Below, piece by piece: positions 48,331-61,389 of a stretch of DNA of 64,000 nucleotides. Below the pieces are notes generated by a model that ran no database searches, had not been told where the DNA came from, and saw only the letters and a list, made by a program, of their open reading frames with translations. Origin of the DNA: Heterodontus francisci (taxonomy: Eukaryota); NCBI RefSeq assembly GCF_036365525.1, contig NC_090409.1:39628437-39692436 (forward strand). Reading direction: 5' to 3'. Positions within the stretch are counted from its first letter, which is position 1. Every line of letters starts with the position of its first letter. Made by a program: the position numbers and the translations under genes.

Positions 48331-48688
48331 AGACAGAGTGCCCCACCCCCACCTTCAGCTGGAAGGAAGCTCCTTGTTTGACTAACAATGGGGGAGAAGC
48401 TGATTGTCGGAGGTCGCAGCCTATCCATCATGACCTCACAATGGAGGCCGTGCGACTGGACAACTCAGTACATCGTCCTGGATACCACTGACGTAGAGCC
48501 AGTGAGGGCTGAAGCCAACAGTGTTGGTGATTGAGGTCCTCAACGTTTTATTACCCTCCAAGGCTCCGATGGAAAGATTCACTCCAGACTGTGGAGACTT
48601 CTCGCTGAATCCAATTCCCAGTGACTGACTGTTTCCCTTTCGTGGAGCCCTCGTCCTGCTGTCTCCCCGTTGACCCTGCACCCTGGCC

Positions 48689-48878
48689 ATGATGAGCTGG
48701 CCAGTGAACCCAGTGAAGGTGGTGCTGGGGTTCCTTGCCTACGGGGCCCTGTGCTACTGGCAGTGGGTGAGGCTGTACTCGGAGAAGAAGCCGGGGAAGA
48801 CCCGGGTGGCTCCCTGGGCCCTGAGGGAGGGCCTGGTCAAGGTGCTGGAAGAGGACGAGAAGCACGTCGTCTACATGT
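48689..48878 (+). CDS. Candidate small membrane protein, coding exon A (MMSWPVNPVKVVLGFLAYGALCYWQWV...HVVYM)
   Basis: Kozak gccATG, strongly G/C third codon positions, N-terminal hydrophobic segment, donor t|gtgagg (phase 1). Non-repeat sequence. Confidence 0.5.
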
Positions 48879-49242
48879 GTGAGGCCCACCTTCTGAATCA
48901 TTCATTGGAACGGAAAGGGAGCGCGAGAAAGAGAGAGAAAACCACAGAAAGAAACAGAAAGTGGGAGGGAAGGAGAGAAACAGAGAAAGAAAGAGAGAAC
49001 GAGAGACAGAAAAAGAGGGAGAGGCAACAAGAGGGAATGAGAGAAAGAAAAAGAAACGGGCAGAAAGAAAGCGAATGAGACTCAGCTGCAAAGGAGACAG
49101 AAAGAGATGAGGGAAAGAGGAAACTTGAGAAAGAGGGAACTTGCATTTCTCTAGCGCCTTTTCCCCCATCTCAGGATGTCCCAAAGCGCTTCGCAATGAA
49201 ATGAAATACTCGCTCACTGTTGTGTGTTGCTTTGTTTCCCAG

Positions 49243-49328
49243 TGGAGCCAGTCGGCTGTGCCAGCCGACCAGACAACACGGAGCGACTCCGGGCGTTGGT
49301 GAGGAGATGGCTGCAGTTCAGGAATTAG
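49243..49328 (+). CDS. Candidate small membrane protein, coding exon B (LEPVGCASRPDNTERLRALVRRWLQFRN*)
   Basis: Strong acceptor ttgctttgtttcccag|, phase-1 compatible, TAG 49326-49328, strong donor agg|gtaagg after 49348. Confidence 0.45.
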
Positions 49329-50139
49329 GGACGGAGCTGCCAAAAAGGGTAAGGGCATCTGAACCTGACAAGTCGAACATGGTTTGCAACACAGTCTTTG
49401 GGACTGTAGATGTACAGAGAAATGAACACGATTGCCCTCACCTACCCTCTGGTGATCTCCATTGACCCTGACTCCCTCTGCAAATTGTGGCGGGAAGCTC
49501 GGAACTTTATAGGTCTCTAGGCATGCACGCTGGTCTTGCTGGTTCATTAAAGGCTGGGAACAGTGATAGCATAATGGAACAGTACATCGCTGAAGGAGGC
49601 CATTCAGCCCCCTGAGTCTGTGCTGGCTCTTTCAAAGAGCAAACTAGTTAATCCTCCATTCTTTCCCCATCGCCCAGCAATTTATTCTCCTCCAAGTATT
49701 TCCGAAGCCACCATTTAATCTGTATCCTTCACCCTTTCAGGCAGCGCATTCCAGATCGGAACGACTCATTGGATTAAAAAAAGCTTTTCCGCATCTCCCC
49801 CTCTTTGGACTTTTACAGATTATCCTCAATCTCTGTCCCTCTGGTTACCAACCCTCCTGCCACTGGGAACAGTTTCTCCACAATTACTCCATCAAAAAGC
49901 CCCTCATGATTTAAATCTCCCCCTTAACCTTCTCTGCTCTAAGGAGAACAATCCCAGCTTCTCCAGTCTCTGCACATTAACTGAAGTCCCTCATCCCTGG
50001 GACCATTCCAGTAAATCTCCCTCCGCACCCTCTCCAAGGACTCGACACCCGTCTGAAAGTGTGTGGTGACCGGAATTGGACACAATACAGGGGCTGAACT
50101 AGTCTTTTAAATTGTATGAACAAGATGCTCTCCCAGGAA

Positions 50140-50625
50140 TAACAGCAGGTCAGAGGCTAGGAATGTCTGCGGTGAGTAACTCACCTCCTGACTCCCCAAA
50201 GCCTGTCCACCATCTACAAGGCACAAGTCAGGAGTGTGATGGAATATTCTCCACTTGCCTGGATGGGTGCAGCTCCAACAACACTCAAGAAGCTCGACAC
50301 CATCCAGGACAAAGCAGCCCGCTTGATTGGCACCCCATCCACAAACATTCACTCCCTCCACCACCGACACACAGTGGCAGCAGTGTGTACCATCTACAAG
50401 ATGCACTGCAGCAACGCACCAAGGCTCCTTAGACAGCACCTTCCAAACCCGCGACCTCTACCAACTAGAAGGACAAGAGCAGCAGATGCATGGGAACACC
50501 ACCACCTGCAAGTTCCCCTCCAAGTCACACACCATCCTGACTTGGAACTTTATCACCGTTCCTTCACTGTCGCTGGGTCAAAATCCTGGAACTCCCTTCC
50601 TAACAGCACTGTGGGTGTACCAACA
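50140..50625 (+). mobile_element. LINE RT 3' fragment (same family as 4785-5783)
   Basis: MEYSPLAWMGAAPTTLKKLDTIQDKA; flanked by minus-strand CR1 3' fragments (~49575-50110, ~50655-51050). Confidence 0.85.
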
Positions 50626-51144
50626 GCACGGTTTGCAAAATTGCAGCCTGACACATTAAGAACACAAGAGATAGCAGCAAGAGTAGACCATTCGGCCCAT
50701 CGAGCCTGCTCCACCATTCAATACGACTATGGCTGATCTTGGGTATCAATTCCACTTTCCTGCCTTGCTCCCCATATCCCTTGATTCTCTGCGAGACCAA
50801 AATTCTATCTAGACCAGCCTGAAATGTTTTCAATGATGGAGCATCCACAACCCTCTGGGGTAGAGAATTCCAAAGGTTCACAACCCTTTGAGTGAAATAA
50901 TTTCTCCTCATCTCAGTCCTAAACAATTTAAACAATGATCAGCTCCTTATCCTGAGACTGTGTCCCCGTGTTCTAGATTCCCCGACCTGTGTGAACAATC
51001 TCTCAGCTTCTACCCTATCAAACCCTTTCACAATCTTTGTCTCAATTAAACCCGAAAGCATCCTGGCAATGAACAACTGTAACTGTCTCACTATTACCGG
51101 TCACATTACTACTTATAAGTTAAAAGAAAACCGTAATCACAGTG

Positions 51145-54100
51145 GCAGCTAAGGCTCAGTGAGTATCCTCTCACCTCTGAACCTGACGGTTGTGAGTTCA
51201 AATGCCGCTGCAGAGATTGCAGCAGAGGAATCTCAGCCAATGCACCTTCGTGCTGGTACTGAGGGAGTGGTGCGCTGTCGGAGGGTCAGGACTGACAGAG
51301 TGGTGCGCTGTCGGAGGGTCAGGACTGAGGGAGTGGTGCGCTGACGGAGGGTCAGGACTGAGGGAGTGGTGCGCTGTCGGAGGGTCAGGACTGAGGGAGT
51401 GGTGCGCTGTCGGAGGGTCGGGACTGAGGGAGTGGTGCGCTGTCGGAGGGTCAGGACTGAGGGAGTGGTGCGCTGTCGGAGGGTCAGGACTGAGGGAGTG
51501 GTGCGCTGTCGGAGGGTCGGGACTGAGGGAGTGGTGCACTGACGGAGGGTCAGGACTGAGGGAGTGGTGCGCTGTCGGAGGGTCAGGACTGAGGGAGTGG
51601 TGCACTGACGGAGGGTCAGGACTGAGGGAGTGGTGCGCTGTCGGAGGGTCAGGACTGAGGGAGTGGTGCGCTGTCGGAGGGTCGGGACTGAGGGAGTGGT
51701 GCGCTGTCGGAGGGTCAGGACTGAGGGAGTGGTGCGCTGTCGGAGGGTCGGGACTGAGGGAGTGGTGCGCTGTCAGAGGGTCAGGACTGAGGGAGTGGTG
51801 CGCTGTCGGAGAGTCAGGACTGAGGGAGTGGTGCGCTGTCGGAGGGTCGGGACTGAGGGAGTGGTGCACTGACGGAGGGTCAGGACTGAGGGAGTGGTGC
51901 GCTGTCGGAGGGTCAGGACTGAGGGAGTGGTGCACTGACGGAGGGTCAGGACTGAGGGAGTGGTGCGCTGTCGGAGGGTCAGGACTGAGGGAGTGGTGCG
52001 CTGTCGGAGGGTCGGGACTGAGGGAGTGGTGCGCTGTCGGAGGGTCAGGACTGAGGGAGTGGTGCGCTGTCGGAGGGTCGGGACTGAGGGAGTGGTGCAC
52101 TGTCGGAGGGTCGGGACTGAGGGAGTGGTGCGCTGTCGGAGGGTCAGGACTGAGGGAGTGGTGCGCTGTCGGAGGGTCGGGACTGAGGGAGTGGTGCACT
52201 GTCGGAGGGTCGGGACTGAGGGAGTGGTGCACTGTCGGAGGGTCGGGACTGAGGGAGTGGTGCGCTGTTGGAGGGTCGGGACTGAGGGAGTGGTGCGCTG
52301 TCGGAGGTCAGGACTGAGGGAGTGGTGCGCTGTCGGAGGGTCGGGACTGAGGGAGTGGTGCACTGACGGAGGGTCAGGACTGAGGGAGTGGTGCGCTGTC
52401 GGAGGGTCAGGACTGAGGGAGTGGTGCACTGACGGAGGGTCAGGACTGAGGGAGTGGTGCGCTGTCGGAGGGTCAGGACTGAGGGAGTGGTGCGCTGTCG
52501 GAGGGTCGGGACTGAGGGAGTGGTGCGCTGTCGGAGGGTCAGGACTGAGGGAGTGGTGCGCTGTCGGAGGGTCGGGACTGAGGGAGTGGTGCGCTGTCAG
52601 AGGGTCAGGACTGAGATAGTGGTGCGCTGTCGGAGGGTCAGGACTGAGGGAGTGGTGCGCTGTCGGAGGGTCGGGACTGAGGGAGTGGTGCACTGACGGA
52701 GGGTCAGGACTGAGGGAGTGGTGCGCTGTCGGAGGGTCAGGACTGAGGGAGTGGTGCACTGACGGAGGGTCAGGACTGAGGGAGTGGTGCGCTGTCGGAG
52801 GGTCAGGACTGAGGGAGTGGTGCGCTGTCGGAGGGTCGGGACTGAGGGAGTGGTGCGCTGTCGGAGGGTCAGGACTGAGGGAGTGGTGCGCTGTCGGAAG
52901 GTCGGGACTGAGGGAGTGGTGCACTGTCGGAGGGTCGGGACTGAGGGAGTGGTGCGCTGTCGGAGGGTCAGGACTGAGGGAGTGGTGCGCTGTCGGAGGG
53001 TCGGGACTGAGGGAGTGGTGCACTGTCGGAGGGTCGGGACTGAGGGAGTGGTGCACTGTCGGAGGGTCGGGACTGAGGGAGTGGTGCACTGTCGGAGGGT
53101 CGGGACTGAGGGAGTGGTGCGCTGTTGGAGGGTCGGGACTGAGGGAGTGGTGCGCTGTCGGAGGTCAGGACTGAGGGATTGGTGCACTGTCGGAGGGTCA
53201 GAACTGAGGGAGTGGTGCACTGTCGGAGGGTCAGGACTGAGGGAGTGGTGCACTGACGGAGGGTCAGGACTGAGGGAGTGGTGCACTGTTGGAGGTCAGG
53301 ACTGAGGGATTGGTGCACTGTCGGAGGGTCAGAACTGAGGGAGTGGTGCACTGTCGGAGGGTCAGGACTGAGGGAGTGGTGCGCTGTCGGAGGGTCAGTA
53401 CTGAGAGAGTGCCGCACTGTCGGAGGGTCAGGACTGAGGGAGTAGTGCGCTGTCGGAGGGTCAGTACTGAGAGAGTGCCGCACTGTCGGAGGGTCAGTAC
53501 TGAGGGAGTGGTGCGCTGTCGGAGGGTCAGTACTGAGAGAGTGCCGCACTGTCGGAGGGTCAGGACTGAGGGAGTAGTGCGCTGTCGGAGGGTCAGGACT
53601 GAGGGAGTGCCGCACTGTCGGAGGGTCAGGACTGAGGGAGTGGTGCACTGTCGGAGGGTCAGAACTGAGGGAGTGGTGCACTGTCAGAGGGTCAGGACTG
53701 AGGGAGTGGTGCACTGTCGGAGGGTCAGTACTGAGGGAGCGCCGCACTGTCGGAGGGTTTGTATTGAGAGAGTGTTGCACTGTCGGAGGGTCAGTACTGA
53801 AGGAGTGCCGCACTGTCGGAGGGTCAGTACTGAGGGAGTGCCGCACTGTCGGAGGGTCAGTACTGAGGGAGTGCCGCACTGTCGGAGGGTCAGTACTGAG
53901 GGAGTGCCGCACTGTCGGAGGGGCAGTACTGAGGGAGTGCCGCACTGTCGGAGGGGCAGTACTGAGGGAGTGCCGCACTGTCGGAGGGTCAGCACTGAGG
54001 GAGTGCCGCACTGTCGGAGGGTCAGTACTGAGGGAGTGCCGCACTGTCGGAGGGTCAGTACTGAGGGAGTGCCGCACTGTCGGAGGGTCAGTACTGAGGG

Positions 54101-54870
54101 AGTGCCGCACTGTCGCAGGGGCAGTACTGAGGGAGTGCCGCACTGTCGGAGGGGCAGTACTGAGGGAGTGCCGCACTGTCGGAGGGTCAGCACTGAGGGA
54201 GTGCCGCACTGTCGGAGGGTCAGGACTGAGGGAGTGGTGCACTGTCGGAGCGTCAGTACTGAGGGAGCGCCGCACTGTCAGAGGGTTTGTATTGAGAGAG
54301 TGTTGCACTGTCGGAGGGTCAGTACTGAAGGAGTGCCGCACTGTTGGAGGGTCAGTACTGAGGGAGTGCCGCACTGTCGGAGGGTCAGTACTGAGGGAGT
54401 GCCGCACTGTCGGAGGGTCAGTACTGAGGGAGTGCCGCACTGTCGGAGGGTCAGTACTGAGGGAGTGCCGCACTGTCGGAGGGTCAGTACTGAGGGAGTG
54501 CCGCACTGTCGGAGGGTCAGTACTGAGGGAGTGCTGCACTGTCAGAGGTCCCATCTTTCAGATGAGACATTAAACCGAGGCCCCCGTCTGCCCTCTCAGG
54601 TGGGTGTAAAAGATCCCACGGCCACTATTTGGAAGAAGAGCAGTGGGGGGGGGGGGGGAGTTCTCCCCGGTGTCCTGGGGACAATATTTATCCCTCAACC
54701 AACATCACTGAAAAAAAGGCAGATGATCTGGGTCAATATCACATTGCTGTTTGTGGGATCTTGCTGTGCGTAAATTGGTTTGCTATTTTACAATCGTGAC
54801 GATGCTCCAGTGGCTGTGAAGCTGTTTGGGCGTTCCTGAGATGGTGAAAGGCGCTAGTAAAATGCAGGCC
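51145..54870 (+). mobile_element. DeuSINE inflated by a ~3.3-kb 33-bp minisatellite (~51255-54545, ~100 units)
   Basis: SINE head (ggctcagtg...gagttcaaat), array, then Deu domain and tail. Confidence 0.9.
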
Positions 54871-55184
54871 GTTAGTTACCATGGGATTAAAGCGTACACA
54901 ACCAGGTGACCTTAGACTTCAGAGACCGTGTCAGCGGGAAGTCCCTCTCTCTTTTAAACCCCACCTCCTCCCATCCCTCCCACAACATCGCTTTCGCGAG
55001 GCACCACAAACAGAGCAGGGATCACACGTTCGAAGTGGCTGATGGTGACATGCACAGGAAGATCCCAGGTTTGATCCCGGTTGCGGGGGGGTGGGGGGGG
55101 GGGGTGGGGCAGCGACATTGAATCGCTGCACAGTGACAGTGCTGGAATACGATGGGGAAACAGTCAATTCAGACAGGGGGGGAG

Positions 55185-55540
55185 ATGGTGGCGCAGTGGA
55201 CATGGACACGGAACTGGTAATCCAGAGGTCCAGGCTACTGCCCTGGGGGTCACAGGTTCAAATCCCAGCAATGGCAGCTGCTGGATTTTAAATTCAATTA
55301 CATTAATAAGAAATCTGGAATTGAAAGCTCGTCACATTACCATCAATTGTCAGAAAAACCCACCGAGTTCACTTCAGGTGCGGAAATCTGCCATCCTGAC
55401 CCAGTCTGGCCTGCATGCGATGTCAGATGTAGTTGACTCTTCACTGCCCCTCTGAAATGGTCAGTTGTCAAGGAGAGTTAAGGATGGGCAACAAATGCAG
55501 GCCCTGCCCGCGACACCCACATCCCAGGAAAGAATAAACA
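55185..55540 (+). mobile_element. tRNA-derived SINE (family of 6686-7062)
   Basis: A box TGGCGCAGTGG, B box GGTTCAAATCC, tail ggatgggcaacaaatgc...cacatccca. Confidence 0.75.
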
Positions 55541-55629
55541 AAAGCGGTCGCTAAAATAGTCGCAGGTGAAGAATGGACTGGCCTCTGTTACACTCATTGT
55601 CCCACGATGCTGACAGTCCTGTTACACTG

Positions 55630-57110
55630 AACAACAACAAACAACAATGGGCATTTTTATAGCGCCTTTCATGCCAGGGTGCGTCACAGGAGCTTTTATC
55701 AAACAAACTTTGACCCCCCCAGCCACGTACGGGACAGGCGACCAAAAGCTCGGTCAAAGAGGTCGGTTTTTTAAGGAGCGTCTTAAAGGAGGAGAGAGAG
55801 AGAGAGAGAGAGAGGCGGAGAGGTTTAGGGAGGGAATTCCGGAGCTCGGGGCCCCCAGGGCAGCTGAAGGCACGGCCGCCAATGGTGGAGCGATGGGAAT
55901 CGGGGGATGGGCGAGAGGGCGGAATTGGAGGGAGTGCAGAGATCTCGGAGGGTTGCAGGGGCTGGAGGAGGTTACAGAGATAGGGAGGGTTGTAGGGGCT
56001 GGAGGTGGCTACAGAGATAGGGAGGGTTGTAGGGGCTGGAGGTGGTTACAGAGATAGGGAGGGTTGTAGGGGCTGGAGGTGGTTACAGAGATAGGGAGGG
56101 TTGTAGGGGCTGGAGGAAGTTACAGAGATAGGGAGGGTTGTAGGGGCTGGGGAAGGTTACAGAGATAGGGAGGGTTGTAGGGGCTGGAGGAAGTTACAGA
56201 GATAGGGAGTGTTGCAGGGGCTGGAGGAAGTTACAGAGATAGGGAGGGTTGCAGGGGCTGGAGGAGGTTACAGAGATAGGGAGAGTTGCAGGGGCTGGAG
56301 GAGGTTACAGAGATAGGGAGGGTTGCAGGGGCTGGAGGAAGTTACAGAGATAGGGAGGGTTGCAGGGGCTGGAGGAAGTTACAGAGATAGGGAGGGTTGC
56401 AGGGGCTGGAGGAGGATACAGAGATAGGGAGGGTTGCAGGGGCTGGAGGAAGTTACAGAGATAGGGAGGGTTGCAGGGGCTGGAGGAAGTTACAGAGATA
56501 GGGAGGGTTACAGGGGCTGGAGGAGGTTACAGAGATAGGGAGGGTTGCAGGGGCTGGGGAAGGTTACAGAGATAGGGAGGGTTACAGGGGCTGGAGGAGG
56601 TTACAGAGATAGGGAGGGTTACAGGGGCTGGAGGAGGTTACAGAGATAGGGAGGGCTGCAGGGGCTGGGGAAGGTTACAGAGATAGGGAGGGTTGTAGGG
56701 GCTGGAGGAGGTTACAGATATAGGGAGGGTTGTCGAGGCTGGAGGAGGTTACAGAGATAGGGAGGGTTGTAGGGGCTGGAGGTGGTTCCAGAGATAGGGA
56801 GGGTTGTAGGGGCTGGAGGAGGTTACAGAGATAGGGAGGGTTGTAGGGGCTGGAGGTGGTTCCAGAGATAGGGAGGGTTGGAGGGGCTGGAGGAGGTTAC
56901 AGAGATAGGGAGGGTTGTAGGGGCTGGAGGACGTTACAGAGATAGGGAGGAGACCATGGAGAGATTTGAAAACAAGGATGTGAATTTTAAACTCGAGGTG
57001 TTGCCGGACCGGGAGCCAGTGTAGGTCAACGAGTAACAGGGGGTGATGGGTGAACGGGACTCGGTGCGAGTTAGGACACTGGGGCAGCAGAGTTTCGATA
57101 GAACTCAATT
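55630..57110 (-). mobile_element. L2 3' end with 37-bp array (~55950-56945, ~27 units)
   Basis: L2 sequence continuous on both sides of the array. Confidence 0.85.
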
Positions 57111-58247
57111 TTACGCAGAGGAGAATGTGGCAGGTCGGTGAGGAGTGAGTTGGGCGCGTCAAGTCCGATTGTAATTACACTCTGTTACACTCACAGCTCA
57201 CGATGGAGGTGCGAGTCTATGTGTAATATCTCAGACTCAGGCTGTGTTGATCTTCTGTTCACAGGAGCTGCAGCGAGTGGTGAAGGAACAGAATGACAAC
57301 AGGAGGTCCAACCCCATTACATGACACCAAACCTACTGACAAGCCGTAGACTGAGGGCACTATGACAATCCCAACCCACGGCATTCCTGGCATCGATCAC
57401 CGTCACACCCACAATGCACATCAGTCTTCGTTCTCAAAGAGGGAATGTTCTGGAATCTGTGGCCCTTTTGCCCGTTCGGCGACGGGGGAGTGGGTTTGTC
57501 ATGACAGAATCGTTCAGTATTGACAATGGAATTGCTGATAGTGTTTCAATCACTAATGCGCTGTAATTTATAAATATATATCTATAAATATTATTTAAAT
57601 CCTCTGCAGGTTGTGTATTTCCAATCCACATGTCTTGCATCCTGTTATCATGCTTGTCAAAATTTACCACTGTGTATTTGTTATGTCAACAGTTCCCATT
57701 CAATGTTTGCATGTAAACAGTCACGGTGTAGTTTCAGGCTCTGGCCACTAGGTGGGGAACTCCCCCCCCCACTGCCCCCGCTGCTCTTCTTCCAAATAGA
57801 GGCCGTGGGATCTTTTACACCCACCTGAGCGGCCAGACGGGGGCTTCGGTTTAATGTCTCATCTGAAAGACGGCACCTCCGACAGTGCAGCACTCCCTCA
57901 GTACTGACCCTCTGACAGTGCAGCACCCTCTATATCTTGTGATCTCTGCCCCTTGCCGGAACCAGTTCAGCTCCCTCTTGTAGACGTGCAGGGAGTTTAC
58001 ACCCTCTGCATATGTGTGAATTTATCCTGCAAAGCTCTCTCTTACCCAGCAAGGACATTCGCAAGAGAGGAAAATAAACATCACTTTAATTCAAAATTCA
58101 TATTCTTCCATTTGCATTTAACACGGGTACCTCGGGTACCACACCTGAGGTGCCGGGTTACCGTCCGTCTGCTGGTCTTTTGGGTTCGTGTGGCTATTTG
58201 GCCATGGAGACCTTCACGGTTTTCACATCGCACTCCCTGCACCAAGC

Positions 58248-58281
58248 TCATTTCGACCTCGTGACCCAACGATAAATGGCC
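58248..58281 (-). CDS. Unidentified membrane protein, last coding exon (GAIYRWVTRSK*)
   Basis: Acceptor tttctgtccttgcag|, phase 2 joins exon 61390-61585 and completes the TM helix with a short basic tail. Confidence 0.55.
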
Positions 58282-58304
58282 CTGCAAGGACAGAAAGGGA
58301 CAGA

Positions 58305-59050
58305 TTGCATTTCTCTCGTGTCTTACACTACCTCAGGATGTTTTCCTGCCGGTGAAGTTGTTTTGAAGTGTGGACACTGTTGTCGGAAATGCGGCAGCCA
58401 AATTGCGCACAGCAAGGTCCCACAAACAGTACTGAGCCAAAGGACTGGATTTTTTCTTTTAAAGTGATGTCGGTTGAGGGATAAATATTGTCCCCAGGAC
58501 ACCGGGGAGAACACCCCCCCTCCCCCCCCGCTCTTCTACCAAATAGTGGAGAGGGCAGACGGGGGCCTCGGTTTAATGTCTCATCTGCAAGACGGCACCT
58601 CCGACAGTACAGCACTCCCTCACTACTGACCCTCTGACAGTGCAGCACTCCCTCAGTACTGACCCTCCGACAGTGCAGCACTCCCTCAGTACTGACCCTC
58701 CGACAGTGCAGCACTCCCTCAGTACAGACCCTCCGACAGTGCAGCGCTCCCTCAGTACTGACCCTCTGACAGTGCAGCACTCCCTCAGTACTGACACTCC
58801 GACAGTGCAGCACTCCCTCAATACTGACCCTCCGACAGTGCAGCACTCCCTCAATACTGACCCTCCGACAGTGCAGCATTCCCTCAGTACTGACCCTCCG
58901 ACAGTGCAGCACTCCCTCAGTACTGACCCTCTGACAGTGCAGCACTCCCTCAGTACAGCATGTTATCCTGATTTATGGGGCTGAGGAATCTGGAATGGGG
59001 CACGATCCTACAACCTTCAGTCTGAGAGGGGAGAGGGCTTTTACTGAGTC
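58305..59050 (-). mobile_element. DeuSINE with ~11-unit 33-bp array
   Basis: Same family; array ~58600-58955. Confidence 0.85.
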
Positions 59051-59264
59051 TCCTAATAATACGTTAAACCAAGGTGATATCTACCCTCCACTGGAGCTAA
59101 AAGCTTTCCTGAGATCGAGGCCCAGTCAATCTGTGTAGCTTATTGTCAGTGAGGTGGGGGCGCGGAGGAGGTGTCGAATGTTGGCCAGGACAACAGCAAG
59201 CTGCATTTATATGGAGCCTTTAACATCGTAAAGCATCCCAAGCCCCTTCACAGGAACGTTTCGA

Positions 59265-60335
59265 GCTTTGGATCAGAAATTGCCTAGCTGAAAGAAGACA
59301 GAGGGTGGTGGTTGATGGCAAATGTTCATCCTGGAGTTTAGTTACTAGTGGTGTACCGCAAGGATCTGTTTTGGGGTCACTGCTGTTTGTCATTTTTATG
59401 AATGACCTGGATGAGGGTGTAGAAGGGTGGGTTAGTAAATTTGCGGATGACACTAAGGTCGGTGGAGTTGTGGATAGTGCCGAAGGATGTTGTAGGTTAC
59501 AGAGGGACATAGATAGGCTGCAGAGCTGGGCTGAGAGATGGCAAATGGAGTTTAATGCGGAAAAGTGTGAGGTGATTCACTTTGGAAGGAGTAACAGGAA
59601 TGCAGAGTACTGGCCTAATGGGAAGATTCTTGGTAGTGTAGATGAACAGAGAGATCTTGGTGTCCAGGTGCATAAATCCCTGAAGGTTGCTACCCAGGTT
59701 AATAGGGCTGTTAAGAAGGCATATGGTGTGTTAGCTTTTATTAGTAGGGGGATCGAGTTTCGGAGCCACGAGGTCATGCTGCAGCTGTACAAAACTCTGG
59801 TGAGACCGCACCTGGAGTATTGCGTGCAGTTCTGGTCACCGCATTATAGGAAGGATGTGGAAGCTTTGGAAAGGGTGCAGAGGAGATTTACTAGGATGTT
59901 GCCTGGTATGGAGGGAAGGTCTTACGAGGAAAGGCTGAGGGACTTGAGGTTGTTTTCGTTGGAGAGAAGGAGGAGGAGAGGTGACTTAATAGAGACATAT
60001 AAGATAATCAGAGGATTAGATAGGGTGGATAGTGAGAGTCTTTTTCCTCGGATGGTGATGGCAAACACGAGGGGACATAGCTTTAAGTTGAGGGGTGATA
60101 GATATAGGACAGATGTCAGAGGTAGTTTCTTTACACAGAGAGTAGTAGGGGCGTGGAATGTCCTGCCTGCAGCAGTAGTAGACTGGCCAACTTTAAGGGC
60201 ATTTAAGTGGTCATTGGATAGACATATGGATGAAAATGGAATAGTGTAGGTCAGATGGTTTCACAGGTCGGCGCAACATCGAGGGCCGAAGGGCCTGCAC
60301 TGCGCTGTAATGTTCTAATTCTAATTCTAATTCTA
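59265..60335 (+). mobile_element. Young 5'-truncated CR1 (HER1-like) LINE, open RT C-terminus
   Basis: 314-aa open frame with VPQGSVLG, KFADDTK, LVRPHLEYCVQFWSPHY; tail (TTCTAA)n. Confidence 0.92.
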
Positions 60336-61389
60336 ATAGTTATCAAACAAAATTTGACCCTGAGCCACCCAAGGAGATATTAGGGACTGGCGACCAAAAG
60401 CTCAGTCAGAGAGGTCGGTTTTTTAAGGAGCGTCTGAAAGGAGGAGAGAGAGAGGCGGAGAGGTTTAGGGAGGGAATTCCAGAACTCAGGGCCCCAGGCA
60501 GCTGAAGGCACGGCCGCCAATGGTGGAGCGATGGGAATCGGGGGATGGGCAAGAGGTCGGAATTGGAGGAGCGCAGAGATCTCGGAGGGTTGGTGGGGAA
60601 AGGGGAGGAGCGGGCAGAAACGGGAGACCAAGATAGGTTCCTGTTCCCCTTTGATGAGAGGTCTGGGATCTATAACATCCGCCCAAGCAGGCAGCGGTGA
60701 CCTTGGGTGATCCTGAAATTGAGCTGACACTTGGGACACTGGACTTGTGTTGGTCTTTCGAACAGATTGGACGGCCTGCGAAAGAACCACTCCAGCCACA
60801 ACTCATCGTCTTGTCAAAAAGGCAACTTTCTTGAAATACTACCCATTCGAAAAAGGTTGAAAGTGCAAAGAAGATTCACAAGGCTGATGCCAGAACTGAG
60901 AGGTGATAACAATCAGGAAAGACAGAACAATCTGGGGCTCTTTACTCGAGGACAGAGAAGGCTGAGGGGTGACCTGATTGAGGTCTTTAAAATGATGAAG
61001 GGGGTTTCGATCGGGTAGACGTAGAGAAGATGTTTCCACTTGTGGGGGGGGGGAGACCAGAACTCGGGGGCCATCAATATAAGACAGTCACTAATAAATC
61101 CAATGGGGAATTCCGGAGAAACCTCTTTCCCCAGAGAGTGGTGAGAATGTGGAACTCGCTCCCACAGGGAGTGGTTGAGGTGAATAGTATCGATGTGTTT
61201 AAGGGGGAAGCTGGATGAACACATGAGGGAGAAAGGAATAGAAGGATATGGTGATAGGGTGAGATGGAGAGAGGGGGGGGTGGGAGGAGGCTCGTGTGGG
61301 GCAGAAACACCAGCATGGAGAAGATGGGCCGAATGCCCTGGTCCTGTGCTGGAGATTCGATGCGGGGAAAAAAAAATCACGGGACTCAC

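Noticed and set aside
51198-54773. Long ORFs (344-528 aa) of 11-residue repeats such as HCRRVSTEGVP and HHSLSPDPPTA
   Set aside because: They are translations of the 33-bp SINE minisatellite; a unit length divisible by 3 keeps several frames open on both strands. No gene structure.
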